Assembly: GCF_000150275.1 (NCBI RefSeq)
Contig: NW_002060943.1
Coordinates: forward strand, 4,546,008-4,610,007
Source of the DNA: Trichoplax adhaerens
Taxonomy: Eukaryota; Animalia; Placozoa
DNA length: 64,000 nt
Direction: 5' to 3'
The notes under the pieces are model-generated. The model made no database searches and had not been told where the DNA came from. It saw nothing but the letters and a program-made list of their open reading frames with translations. This document shows positions 12,767 to 27,700 of this stretch, piece after piece; the first letter of the stretch is position 1, and each line of letters begins with the position of its first letter. The position numbers and the translations under genes are program-made.

Positions 12767-15700
12767 TTAGTGGCGTTCGATTTGATTCGATAATTCTTCT
12801 AGCATAGTCTCATTGTCAATAACTGTTAAATTTCTGTTAATTATGAGAGAAAAAAATGAAATAAATAAAATATCCAGAATACGAATATGCAGAGTATTAT
12901 TTGATATAATTGGTTATTAATCTATTCATATACTTGCTCTTAACTTACCTGATATATTTGTATTCTTTGATCGAATTCCTGCTGAGTAGATACGGTAATT
13001 TTTCGATAGCTACAATTTTCGTAAGAAAATATTATTACGTTTGGAAATCTTGAGTGCCAGGCCATGTTATTGCAGCATAAATGTATCAGCATAAAGAAGT
13101 ACGGGTTCATTAATTTTACTTACTATATGGATGATCTTGAGCTTTCCTGAATGGTTGCAATCTTGCAGAAATTAGTCTCTGCGAGTTAAATCGAATGATC
13201 TGTTAGCATGAAGTGAAGCTTCACCACCGTCATTATTACACTTAATATGACATCGTTTTAACACCTTTTAAAACTAAAATGCTTTAAAAAATTTACTGAT
13301 ATATGATCTGAGTGCAAAATATAAATATTCCAATATTCAATTTTTATGCATAGCAGTAACTTTTGCATATATTTATTGATTAACGTAATGACTGCATTAT
13401 TTATTATTTCATAGATTAGTTCTGTTCTAATTACAGCTATGAAAATAGACTAAAGTTGGTATCTCAACTAGGATCTAAAGGCCATGTCAGCACTGTTAAT
13501 GTGCTTTCGCCGCCAAGAAATATCACAATCATTTATCTCATTAAAGGAAAGAATGCAGTATTTTGGCTATTCCGTTACTCTAATCGTGTCCAAGACTGAC
13601 TAGCGTTTATTTCCAGGAAGTATGTGCCAGCACGTACAATAAGTAATTACATATAATCTACAAGAATTTCTTATAACGAGAAAAATTTGTTATTGCAACA
13701 TAAATAGTTACAATAATGAGTTACATTCCGATGGACTCGTTAATCTAGTAGCATTAAGTACGTGGCTAGTTTTTCGATTCGAACTTACCATTTTTTCAAA
13801 GTTAATCAACTTGCTTTCTGCTTTGTAGGTTTCATTATTTGTATCAATAGCCAATAGATCTATTCATAATGGAATAATATAGTTAGATAATAATATAACG
13901 CTAATGTTTCAATACAATCGAAGGGATACTGCCGTAACTATAAATAGATACTTAAGTCAGTATATACGTGGCGACTTTTCAATTTCGAGCTCCAGTGGTA
14001 GTATGCACATATAATTAATCAGAGTTGCTATGTTACTAAGTATCCATAAGAAAGTGAATATTTTACCTCTAATTAAGAGCGGAGTATAAGGTATGAAAGG
14101 TGGCTTCATCTCTCCTTGTTTAAAATCAAGACGAAATATAGATTATCATCTAATTTTAAGTATGCCCCTGCTTTCTGATAGAACAGATAAATCTAGACAA
14201 CTATATGGACATAGCAACATAGTCAGTGTCAACAATCCTAGACTGCAGTTGCTACATAATCCTGCTCACAAATCAAGTTGCTGTAATAGTTCTCGAGTTT
14301 ATTGACTCGTACGCTCTCCAGCTATATAATCGAATATAATAACTGATTGACATACTTGCCATCGATCGATATGTTCTATAATTTCTTGAGGGGTCCTTAA
14401 TATTGTAAAATTTAATACATATTAAAATGTGTAATTAAAAATCGAGATTACATCGAATATACACAAAATCAAATCTCTAAGTTCAAAGAAAGCTGTCAGA
14501 TTTACCATAATACTCTGCAATTCCTTCATTTTTTTGTGTATTCTTATCTGAATTTTCTGTTCAAGGCCATTCATTTATAATTTAGGGAGTAGTACATAAA
14601 ATAACAATAAGCTCCTATCTATATTAAGAGAGTTCTTAAAAGTCTATACTTCGACTGAGCAATTGGTAGTAGAGCAATCTATTAGAAATTACCTCAAATG
14701 TTTGCGTTAATCGTGTTATCGGTGTTGTAAGCAAAGCACCGACAATCGCTGTACAAGAATGAAGGTTATTCAACTGCTTACACCTTAGAGAATATATTTC
14801 GAACAGTTTTAATGTATTAAATAAAAGATATTTATTTTGTAATACTAAATGAGTCTAAAATAGCATATTTTTCATACTGTTCTGCGATCTTTATGAATTT
14901 CTTAATAACTTGAGCTCTCTTATACAAGTTCTGTGTTAAGCAGATTTCGGTTATTACCCAATATTCGATCTATTTATTTGAATAATGAAGAACGTATAGT
15001 CTAAAATACAAGACTGATGAAAAAACGAGATCTCCAAATTGCATATATGAACAGTCACGAAACAGTAACACATGCTACGATAAATCCACGTAAGCTTCTA
15101 TGAGTCAAAATAATGGAAAATTTTAGCTAAATACGCACTACCTAAACTTACTTCGTTATATCTTCTGAGAAAATAATCCAAGTTGGTCGACAAGATATCT
15201 CTTCGATGATCACCATCGATATAACATAAAAATTCATGCTAATAGCCGGTTTATGTTTTATAACAAAGAGTAAAAACATTTTACAACAGAATTTTTAACC
15301 TTTACTTTCTAAAATTAAGATATAATCAACCATAATCTAGGTTTTCTAAATTTTTTAATGCACTACGCAATCCAGAATAAAGTTACAGCCTACACTAAAA
15401 TATCTATTCGCTTCAATCATACCATAGTAATTTTGCTTAGTAATTCATAATCGTAGGCAGTCAAATGATGAGCAATAGCCGTAGAGTTTAAATTTTCAAA
15501 GTAAATTTGTTTATCAGGTGTTGAAATTCCAGTTGGATTTTGCAGTGATAAAGGGGTCTAATGATATCAAATGTTTTAACTGTTAAACATACTTTAAAAA
15601 TTTTAGAATTAGGATTAACAATGCAATCAATAATTAAACTAGGAAATCTTACGCAAGTATCAACATGGCCTTTAACAGCTAAAAATAATTTGCTGTTGAT

Positions 15701-18700
15701 TCCAATTTTACTAGCAATGGACTTTTCATCTTGCTCCAAGATTATGATTTCTGTTGAGTAGAATTTCAAAAGCAAATGCGAACATTAAATAACGTTATTA
15801 GAATTTAAAATTTAGAATTCAATACAATTCCTACACATACTGCAAAATCTGTATTAAATGCTCTTATCTAAGCTTTAAACTACAACCTTAGTCATCCTGT
15901 GCACGCTTAAAAGGGACGGTAACAATTCATTGAAATATGATAACGTCTTATGATGAGCTGTAGACTATGCATCTACAGTATTATATTGTTCTTAAACAAA
16001 GCTAACATTGGATTTATGATTAGATGGCACAGCCATTATCTTACCTTTATTAGATTTGACTTCACATAGGTAAACTTCATTTGTTGTCGATGAATCCTCC
16101 TTCATTCTTTTTTTTGCCTCAGCTATTATCTCTCTCACCGAAAACATAAAGGGAATCTGCTCTAAGGGAATTTTAGTATGATCACATTGATAGACATCTA
16201 GATTGACTATAAGTAATGGATAGAGAGAGAAAAGCTTGTTACCACGATACAGGGAAAGATCAACACTAATGGTCCTGGTTAGGAGTTAATAAATTATCTA
16301 ACACAATTCAGAAACCACTACAGTACATAACATGAAAATAGTTTCCATTTTCCGTAATTAGTGAATTATTATCGTACTCTTGTCGCGTCCGGTCAGCGGT
16401 AATGGCGGATAAGGTACCTTATTTCGATACAGGCGATTTTCGCTCTCATACTAAAATTACATAAAATTTTCAACAATTACAGTCAAAAATTACAAAAAAA
16501 TGAATTATTATGTCTACTTTCACGTAGGCCAGAATTGAATGGCTTTCCTATAATACCATTCTTTAGCGCATCAATTCAGTAGAATAAACACATAATCAAA
16601 GCTACATAAAAGTAAGTCTGCTCCAGTAGTTACCATAAATTCTAGCATAACTTCGACAATACGATCCTCACGATATCTATATCGAACATTAAATAAATAA
16701 TTTTAGACAGGTTCAATTAAGTTTTTCAGTAATCTTTAAATCAGCATCAAGTGACATTGAACCAAAATAACAAATTATACTAATTAACTGCTATTCTATG
16801 ATGAATTGTATAAGTCTTACAAAGATTCACGACATTGCGAAGCAAATTGAAGAGAAGTTGCTTCTTCAAAGGCGGCGTTGTCAACTAATTCTTCTCTTAA
16901 TTCCTGAAACATAGGAGTAAAAATCTCACCAAATCAGTGCAAATAATTTAGACATTTTAATCCCTATACCAAAACGGAGGTTACATATTCTGATTTAATT
17001 AAATTAGAAAATTTCAAGGTTGCACTTACATTTATAAATAATACAGTTTCTGGGTCGTCGTTGAAGTAATTAAAATCCAGTAGATAAAATTGGATAATAG
17101 TATGGATGATCCTATAAGATCGTTTACAAAATATGTTGTAAGTTTATTGTAATTATTTCAGCAAATACAGAATATGGAATAAAAATTAATCGGGTAATAG
17201 TAGTATCAGTCTATCGCTCAAAATATCTTGGGCTATCACTAAAAAACAAAGAGACAAACTTGGCTTTAAATTCAATGCTATTTCCACCAGCCGTTTCCAA
17301 ATTGGCTGCTTTCCTACGATAGCTGCCAATTAAATATTGTTAAAGGCCGTAATTAGTATAATAATTTGCTGTCTCTACTGAAATCTATCAACAATTTATT
17401 CTTAAATATATTGTCATCGTAACATGAGACCAAAACCATTCCATAAAATGAAGGCGACAAGATAATGGCCTGTATTCAATTTCGGCACTACTGCGGTATG
17501 CAGGTATAAAGTACAACAATACGAGTATTTTGCATTTTAATATTATAGGATACAGGGTCAACAACTTCTTATATAAGTCGGTCTTCGACATGAACAGCGG
17601 ATAAGTAAAGTAAAAGTCAGGTATGAATTCACCTACACATAAAAATAATGAAAATTCCAGCAAAAAAGTTCAAATAAGACCCGAAGTAAAATGTGAAAAA
17701 TTTAAAGCTCTCGTGTTAGAATTTAGTCATATCCATTATCTGTTATATATTTCTTACCATCAACTTTTAATCTTGTTGTATCTGTACTTCGAGTTTCGAT
17801 TAGGTAATCTAATATTTTGTGGGGAGCGCCTTCAATAACTGATGATCTATAAAAAGCAACTGCATTTATTTCGATATAACTAACAACGCAAATATGGCAC
17901 CTTACAATTTTCTAGTTCGAGATAAAACGCTGGGTACACGTAAAAATCTGAATAGCATTCGTAAAAAATTATTCTTACCCTTCACTTCCATGTTCGTTAC
18001 GAGCAGTCCTTTCTAGGACTAAAACCTCTTTATCGTTTTCCTTTAATCGAATAATGTTCTTTTCGCAGTGCTATAAAAACATAAGATAATTTCATATAAC
18101 ATTTAATTTTTATCAAAAATTTTATATATAAGCGTTTTAATAAAAAGCCAGGTAGCAAGCTATACTACATATATTACAAAGAATAAAGAAAAAGCATCTA
18201 TGTGGTAAAAAATATTAGCAATACTGTAACAAAGTTCTTCAAATAAGATTCATAAATCTATGAAAGTACTATCACATGAAATGTTTACTCAGAAAATTTA
18301 TCATGTTATTACTTCAAAGAAGAATCAAGGCACTTCGTAATTGCTAGTACAGTAAAGTGATGATAACAAGTAATAATATTTTTAGACTGTATTTCATTAT
18401 CAATATTTACCTGCAGAATTAAGTTGAAATCATCCTTATCGACTTTTGCAAAACAACAGTTATCTTGCTTGGTAATAACAGTTGCAGCCCTATCGATGAC
18501 ATACCGATATTAGTTTACTTATTGAAAAAGATAAATCCTACTACGTCTAACGTTTACACATATTAATTATATACTATACGAATCGTTTTTCAGCTGCTTT
18601 AATCGTTGCAATATAAAGTAATCCTATAAAATTATTAATCGTAATACTATCTCGCCTTGGTGCTCGATTAACCAGTGCTAATTTGCCAAAATCGTCACCT

Positions 18701-21700
18701 TCGTTCAACGAGCAAACTACACCCTGAGAATAAGAATGAAACGGTATTAATGAAATTTCTATACGTAATACAGTAAAATAAAGTGAAATTTTTCCGGCAT
18801 AAGCTTTAAAACTAAAAAGGACTTTGTAACATTAATTGTTACGATATTTGATCATCAAAAAAGTATGGCTTTATCTTAATTGTTATGGATACTGGTCGTT
18901 CTCTTATAGCTTATCATTCAGGTTACAGACCAGTTCACGTACTTTACTTTTAATAAGAAGAAAATATAAATGATTCTGCTTACGAAAGAAACAGTTGTAG
19001 CCTTAGCGTTATAGAATATTTGCGCTATGTAGCTGATACATAATGTTAGGTGTACAAGTAAAACGCTATCTCTTTTGGTGATATAAGGGTGCATGTTTAC
19101 AATTTTATATATACGTATGTATTTAATAGCGTTATATACTCACTAGTAACTATAATCTTTAATTTAGATAAAGTAAAGTGATATTAGCCTCTGATGAAGT
19201 GGCTGTTGTTTTACGATTTGCACGAGTGATGTCAAGTGAGAACGTGTAAATAACATTAAGATTAAGGCATAAAGTAATAAAGTAAGTACGAAAATTTATC
19301 GTTTACGCGTAAGAAACGGTCGATGCTGTGTCTGCAGTATAAGTCGAGTAAAAAGTATACAGTTATCAAGGAGTTTTAATCTCGACAAGCAGCTCAAGAT
19401 TAAAATTAAATCAAAATACTGTAGATGCCTACGTGTATTTCGTCACAATGTTAAATATACTTAATGATGACACACTACTACATATAAAATATGAAAGAAA
19501 TTAGAAAGAGTTGTCGCAATGGAACGTATCACAGCAATTAACAAATATCATACTAATACAGTATTAAAGAGGCACTTTAAATCAATTTCCTAATAAGGAA
19601 AACGCTCTTAGTTTCTATAGTTTGCTAACGTATTGAAGCTGCAATAATTTTAGGGAAGAATAAAGTTGATTGTTATGTCGGTCGCATGAAAACTTAATGA
19701 AATATTGGCTATACTTCATTGCAATTCACTATTTAGTTTCGGTTTTACTCCTACGTAAACATCTATGATCTTTACCTTTCCAGTTATAAAAACTTCTACG
19801 GATCCTTTTAAGATGATATACCAGGAATCTGCCACATCGCCTTGACGTATAACTAGAAATTCATTGTAATTTGAGTAATTTAAGAATAACATGTCATGAT
19901 ATTGACACTATGGCAGTACAAAGCTCCTGTCCATGCGCTATACGCAATTTTAAAATGTATCCCTCTCTGTCACATACTCATACAACAGACAATCAAGTGT
20001 ATTCAATTTAGCGATACTTTCAATCAAAATCAGATTGCTGCTGTTACTATTATATGGTATTACTGATCGGAAGCAGATATTTATCGATTTGAAGCATTAA
20101 AGTAAATACACTATAACAACAGTAAAGATTGACAATAATTCTATAATTTCCATTTCATAAAAGAAATGTTGAAAAAGACTTGCTCTGCATTAACAGTTAT
20201 ATTAAGTTAATTATACAAGCATTCTTAAACTCTATTATATTAAAGCTCACGACGCTATCATATTAACCATACCGGTAGTTCCTGATTTTTTATAAGTTTC
20301 TAGAGTACAGATAGCTGCTAATCGCTTCTTCACCTATAAGAAATGACATTAAATTGCGATCCAGTTTTATGCGTTAATAGTTGTTAGTTTAAAAAACTTT
20401 ACAATATCATAAGATATGAACACCTATAGATTGTATTATGATTCTAGTGATAATAAAATTTGAGGCTTTTAGTTATAGTTAACACAAAATAATATCACGT
20501 ACACTGCCATAGTAAAGTTAACAGAAATCAGATTATACAAATTTGATACTTAACACTCACCATCGGCGACATTTGGGACACACCATCGATATTAGAAAGC
20601 TCTTTCAGTATAGCTTCTACATCTTGTTCCGTTCTGTCAGATGGTCTTAATTTTTAAGAAAATTAAAAATTAGTTTCATCAGTTTTATTCAGTATTTGTG
20701 ATAACTTAGGATGTAATCCGAAAATAAGATATAGATGCTACGTTAATTTATCAATATAATTTACTTTTTCGATAGTAGAAGCCGTAAGAAAGCATCTGGT
20801 CCAATCTGTGAGAGAACGTTGATTGCAATATTTAATTCTTCATTAGTTATAGATCCATCACTTCGGGCAATCCGAAAACGATAAAATAACGCATCGCTGT
20901 CCTTAAATTGATGTTTCATACGTACTAGATCACATGAGAAGGGTGAAGATATTGCATTATTAACGATTTAGTTCTACTATATCACTTACATCTAATCTTC
21001 TATTATTCAATGAATACCAAGCTCACTAGTGGCTAATACTATTGTTATTGTGATACATTATACATCTTAGCATACCATGCAAACACAAGCAGTACAAAAG
21101 ATAACATATACAGTATAGTATATACACAAGGAGTATATATTAGAATTGATACAGCCAAAATTGAGTATACCTTCAATAATAAAGTTCTACTACGGTTAAT
21201 CTTAAAATAATCCTTCAACTGCAGATTAAACTAGGTTGTAAAGTTGTAACTATGGTTCAATCAACTTTTTCATTGAGATGTCAAATTGATGATGTTAGAT
21301 ACAGTTAAGTTAAAGTGAATACTGCTATTAATGATGTATTAATGACGTCAACGTACCAACCAAAAGACTAATTGTTACTTCAATTTTCAACACACATAAA
21401 CCTCGTCCCAGCATTATTGTTTATAAAATAATGTATTACGTCTATGGATTATATACTAAGTTTATTTTATTATTATGTTAAATGCGGGTTTAGATCAAGT
21501 CTCATAATAATGATACTGGTTAATCAACTGGCTAGTAAGTAAAGATGTAACAAATGTACGGTTATTGAATTATAAAATTATTACCAAATAACTGACTTAC
21601 TGTGTGTATTTCCTCACCTAAACGCACACAGAATAATTACTATTTAAGACTACGGAATAAGCAGTTACAGCAAGTCAGAGAACCAATTAAACTTCTATAT

Positions 21701-24700
21701 TTCAGTAAGAAAATGCAACGTTTAAAATATATCCACAGACGTTGCTTCAAAAAATCGATCTTTGAATGACTTGTTTTTCAAGCATGCAAAAATAAAAATG
21801 TCTTAACTGCCAAATTGTTTATAATAATTAATTTAAAAGGTTAAGGCGGTAAACTATTAATTTCATTCCTTTATACGCTTAATCAAGTAACGTTGTTTGC
21901 AGCCTATAAATAAAGACTGCAGACTTTATTGATACCCTTGTCGTTTACAGCAGCGGAAAATTTCGTTAAGTACATTGCGGCCATTATAACAAAGATTTTG
22001 AGACGAAATTTTATCCCTTCCTACCATATTACGAGTAACATAGTGTGATATCTGTCTAGAATCCCAATGATCGGAAGAGGGCTTAAGTTTATTTATAGTT
22101 AATTTGACAGCTACTTTATAACATCGACGACTACAGTAAATTTAAACTCAATGATTACTAATCTTTTGGTAATCAAGATATAGCTCAATTAATTTCCCAT
22201 AATGTTTAAAAATGACGTCATTATTCGTTCAATCGTAAATTCGTTGACAATAGTATTATTATATACTACGCCATATTTGTTAGATTGTACGATGTAATTC
22301 TATATACAGTGTCAGTCAGTCATAGTACGGTTAAGGTTGCTTTTGTGCGTTTGCGCTAATTCGATAATACCTAAAGTTAGTACGTTACAACTTGCTATTG
22401 TCACCGGTTACATAATACTTGTGTTTAAATAATTATAGTATTCTATACATGTAACATACACTTGTTAATTCTACGTGTTAATGGTGGATTGTACCGCGTA
22501 CACTAGGGAATTCACTGTTATACAAACTTATAATTATAATGCGTTGTAAGTGTGAACGGCGTACGTATATAAGCCGCCATTTTTTAATACAATAAAGAGA
22601 GAACAGAGTTAGTAGATAGTTTTACAATAACTTCAACTACGTGTTCAATTTCTTGTCTTTATGCTAAGTGCTCTAGAGTAGTACGAACTTTCAATACAGT
22701 TGTTAGTATTAACTCTAAATAGTAATACACAACAAATACTATGAAAAAAAACAAATTTTACATCAGATCGCAGCAAACTAGGTAATACGATGATTGCAGT
22801 ACCGTACCGGTTATTTATGAGATTTTTTATAGCATAAACGACGCGCTGCTACCGATTAGCTGCATAAACGTAAATATCAACAATTATACAAGACGCAGTA
22901 TTCTGTAAATTTTGCAGTAGCAATTGGCTGTTCAGTTAATACTGTACATATCTACTTTACAGTATATTCTTGGTTAAGAAGCAAAACAGTGTCTTGATCT
23001 AGTATCAACTAGCAATACCAATGCTATTATAATTGTAATAATAAGAAATACCCAATGGGATGTCAGTAAATAAAACTTTGAAAGCATTAGCTTTTTAACT
23101 GCTTTTAAGAATTATCTCGCTTAAAATTCAACAGTGAAGTCTCTAAGTAATTCATTTATAGGAATCGTTCGATTAATTCCTTTTATTCCACTAATTACGA
23201 GAAATGAAGCAACCACGAATAAATCACTACCGGCAATGTAAGGAAATGGCTGTAGGCCAATTATTTCTTAAATAAAATGAATGAACTGTAGTAACTGAAA
23301 TATTCGTGGAAATTTTTAACAAGCGTTTATACAAATTCATAACGAATTGTTATTAAAATCATGTGCGACAGCCGTTAAAGCCATCCTTTTTTCAGTATAA
23401 ATGTAGATAGATATAAATAAAGGCCTAATATCCGATTAGTTGTATTATTTTAACCGAAAAAAAAGTTAATCTATTACTCTGCCATTATCAAACTATAGTA
23501 TCATAAATTTGCTAGCACTGATATGACAACATTTAACGGAAGAAGACCTACGAGATAACACTTAAAGGAAAAAATTAAAACTCGTCTCTAAAGTATACTT
23601 GAAACTAGCAATCAGGCGGGAATTTAAGTTTTAACAGCTTAAGCAGCAATGATTACACAGCTCAAATTACGAGCGTACTTCGGTTTAGGGTATTTCAATA
23701 TTTAGTGGTTGAAACTCCTCTATTAATTCATAACTGGGCCATGGTACTTCGCTTAATTATACTGTTATTATAGTAATTTTTACAACTTCAAATAAAATAA
23801 AAAAATAGAACTAAACAACAGATAGCAAGACGATCCGAAAAAGTTTATAAATTATGATAATTGATAAGTGAAACTAGGATGGATGTAGTCTTATCAGGTG
23901 CTAGTATTTGGTGGGGCAGATAATCTCCATTATCAATCCGCACGTAAATTGATTAATTTTTGCTACTAGTAGAACACCAGCATTTACTTTAGTACTGTAC
24001 TAGACTGCACAGAATTTTCTCCTAGTCGAATAACTTAGTTACCATCTTACCATTTTCTAAAATTTCTTCCTCTACCAAAGTTTGCCAAATTCCTACAGCA
24101 TGATCTCGATGATTTAACATAGAAGCAACCGACATCAACCAGTCGACCAGTTCGGAACCGACGCAACATTGTTTGTAGACAACGTGATGAAATACTTTAT
24201 CTTTCATCAGTTGAGGAAATTTCTTTTTAAGGTGTCCATACAATAATCTACCAGCATCTTTTACGCTCATTAGTGGTTGCTGAGTAAAATAGTGAGATTG
24301 ATAAAGATCTTTATAATTTACGTATAAAATTGACATACACAAAAGTATATGCCAGACATTACACAGTCTACAGTTAACTCTACTTCAATTATATTAGTTT
24401 GCAAGATTTTTTGCAAGATAGAAAGAATTCGTCCAAAAAGCTACACCGTAGCAAATGAAAATGTATGCAGCTTACATATGATAGCGTTATAATAAAGCTT
24501 TTAGTAATTACCACGTAAAGATAACAATAGCAATACTGTATATCAAAATAGAAGGGACTTGCTAATAAAATTGACTAATTGACTTTATCAATCTAGTGAT
24601 GTCACTCTTACATAAATCTAGCTCTAGTAAAAAACTGCAGTAGTTGCTTTCAACATTGAAAATTTTAAAGATAAATATACTGATATAAAATCATATAATA

Positions 24701-27700
24701 AGACCAAAATTACTTGGTAAAAGTTTTATGAATATCACAGGAAGATATACAGTACCATTACTGAAATTATAGCAGTTATTAATTGCCCTGGTAATCCGCA
24801 AAAGTGGACGTATTAATATAATTCTTTGAAGTAGATGCACCCTATGTCTATAGTATTTAGTTAACCGATCCAGGAAGTAATGTTGAAAGTTGCGAACTTG
24901 CTATCAAGTAGCACGCAGCATTTTACACTGTATTATGTATCAACTTCTTCAATTAATATGATTTAAGAGTTAGAACTAAATTCAAAATTTATATTATTTC
25001 GATGGTAGATTGTATAATCATTACAATCCATAAAAAGTGTTGACATGAAATGACCTACAGTAGTCATCAAACTTGTGGAATCGCCTTTATTCACCAACAT
25101 TATATTTACGCTTAATCATGTTCTGGCATGCAATATTAATCAATAAAAAGGACTGGAGAAAGATAATTTATACGATGTACTTGATAACAATAATATGATC
25201 CTCAAGATATATTTTACTAGCTAATAAACTTACAACGCGTTGATTCGGTACTCTAATGGTGCTACGATCGGAGTTTCTTCTAATGAATGACTTTTCAGGA
25301 TTCTTGCAATATTAAATAATCGTATTATTAGTCAGTAACTATCAAATGGTTAGATTTTTTTGCATATTAACACAGTGCCAACAAATCTATAACGCTACAC
25401 AATTATAGTTATTCCATTAAACTCCAGTAAAACTTAGCAGATAAAGTACACCATACTGTTGCTTTAATACTAGATTGCAATGCCAAACTTGGGATGTTAT
25501 CTGGTAAACATATCAACAATGTGTGTAAGCAACGCCTTACTTCTTCCTTTCCGCGGGTACCAATCATGCTTTCTTTACCGATTAAAAAATTATAGAAAGA
25601 ATATAGTATAGTTACGCCATAGACATTTGCTACTTTTACTTAAAGATACATTTAGATTTAATGCCAATTATGACAAAATTTAAGATAATAGTAAAATACT
25701 AAGGTTTGCAAGAAGTAGCTAAACATATTTTAATTGTAAATCCATTTACTAAATTTAAAACTTTGGGGTCAATTGATCATCTTTGAAATGATTGAAACTA
25801 GTTATTTAAAAGATACTAAAGATATAGAGTAATTTGATGTACGTTTTATACTGGCATAATTATGAGTTGTAAGAGACTACAGGACACTACTAATGCCTGT
25901 TTTTCTGATAAAGCTAATTTACAAACCTTCGGGGGTAGGTTTTAGGATTTCGTTACGATAGTCCTAAAAGAATATGACAGTTTGTAAATAAATGAGATGG
26001 ATAATAAAAATTATTACTGTATCCGTCGACATTAATTTAAACTTGAAAATACTGGTACGCCTAAAATACAATGTACTAATAGGAATGAAACTGCTGTCGT
26101 TGCGGTCTGATAGTCCGTTCGTACGATTCGTATCATTTCTTACATCAAACAACATTTTAAGATCAGTTTTGTCCACAAGCAGAAATTGACAATTTTCCTT
26201 CGTGATAACGGTAGCGCTCCTGTAATCGTATCGAGTCATATTCATCAGTCCTTATCGCTAACGATAGAGAATTTTAACTAAGAGGTCACCAAGATAATCA
26301 AGCTCAAATTTGTTATGGCTATAACGACTTATGGGCAATGCTACATGTAAGACTAATGGCAATATTGTATTGAAATCATAGTATTTATTAGGAAAATAGA
26401 GATGATAATCTTTCCGGACGAAAGTAAGGTTTAATTACAGCAACACAAATAAAGTTTTTTTTCATGAAAAAAACGTATAATGACCTTGGATTATCGTTGC
26501 GAACACCAGCACCAAAATCCGATCCTTCTTCAAGGATATCAACGACTTTTTCACCCTAAATGGTCCATTAAATGAATTCGGAGAGATTTAGTTCCAATTT
26601 TGTTAATTTACAAAAGTGAGTAGTTGCAAACAAGATTCTGTTTACGTGTATAGTTTATTATTCGCAGGAAACGACAGATATTTTTTAGTCAAGTTTATTT
26701 TATCCTACCATTTCCAAAGAGCTACTGTAATATTATTAGACAATATATAATGTAATAAAAAGTTGATTCTAGCAACATAGATTACAATATAGGTAGCAAT
26801 TTTTTTATCCTGAAATCGGATAAAGTAATCACCTTTGAGTCTGAACTTATCACATACACCGATCCGGAGAGGATGACATACCATTTAGTGCCGCATTCAC
26901 CAGCACGAAATACTTTTAGAATTGGTAGAAAAAAAGTTTCACTCTTTAACAACAGCAGTTGTAATACCGAGATAAAGAATGAAGACAATAACTTCGTGCT
27001 ATAGATTTAGAGTCTGTTTGTATACGTAGACATTCACAGTAAATGATTGCAACAGCATTAATGGTAATTGTTTGTCAGATGAAAATAATTGTTACTTTGT
27101 AATCTTTTATCCAAGTATGTAAGCTCTAACATCTATTTTAATTTTTTCTAACTTATAAACATAATAAGCAAGGCTACTACACTTATACAAAACCGAATAA
27201 TTTTATTTCGTAATAGTGAAAATAAGCAAGTTTTCATAAATTTTTTGCAATGATAAGTTGGGTAGCAAAATTGTAGTATTACCGACTAAAAATTGAAGTT
27301 ATGATAATTTCCTGTTTGTGAATGATATTCGTAGAAGGCGTTGCGCTTAATGCTTAACTATCAAACTGATTTGGCTATCTTCTTGCATATGGATAGCTAC
27401 ATTATTTAGGTTATGTATAAGAAACTTCAATACAAAGATAAGCGATTGTTATTATTAGTATTTAACGCCCTTTCTTATTGCCTTACATTTTACGCCACGT
27501 TTTAAGCTCTCGTGAGTAGCATACTGACAAATTCGCCGTAACAATTCCTCAGGGCAGTCCTTTAATGCAGTCAATTCCTATTTGTATTTTGAATTCAATT
27601 ATCAATAACAATGGTTGACCGCAATCGCTGTCGTCGTTAGGAAATATATCCACGTATTGAAAACAGAACAGGTACACTACAATAGCTTAGTAATAATAAA

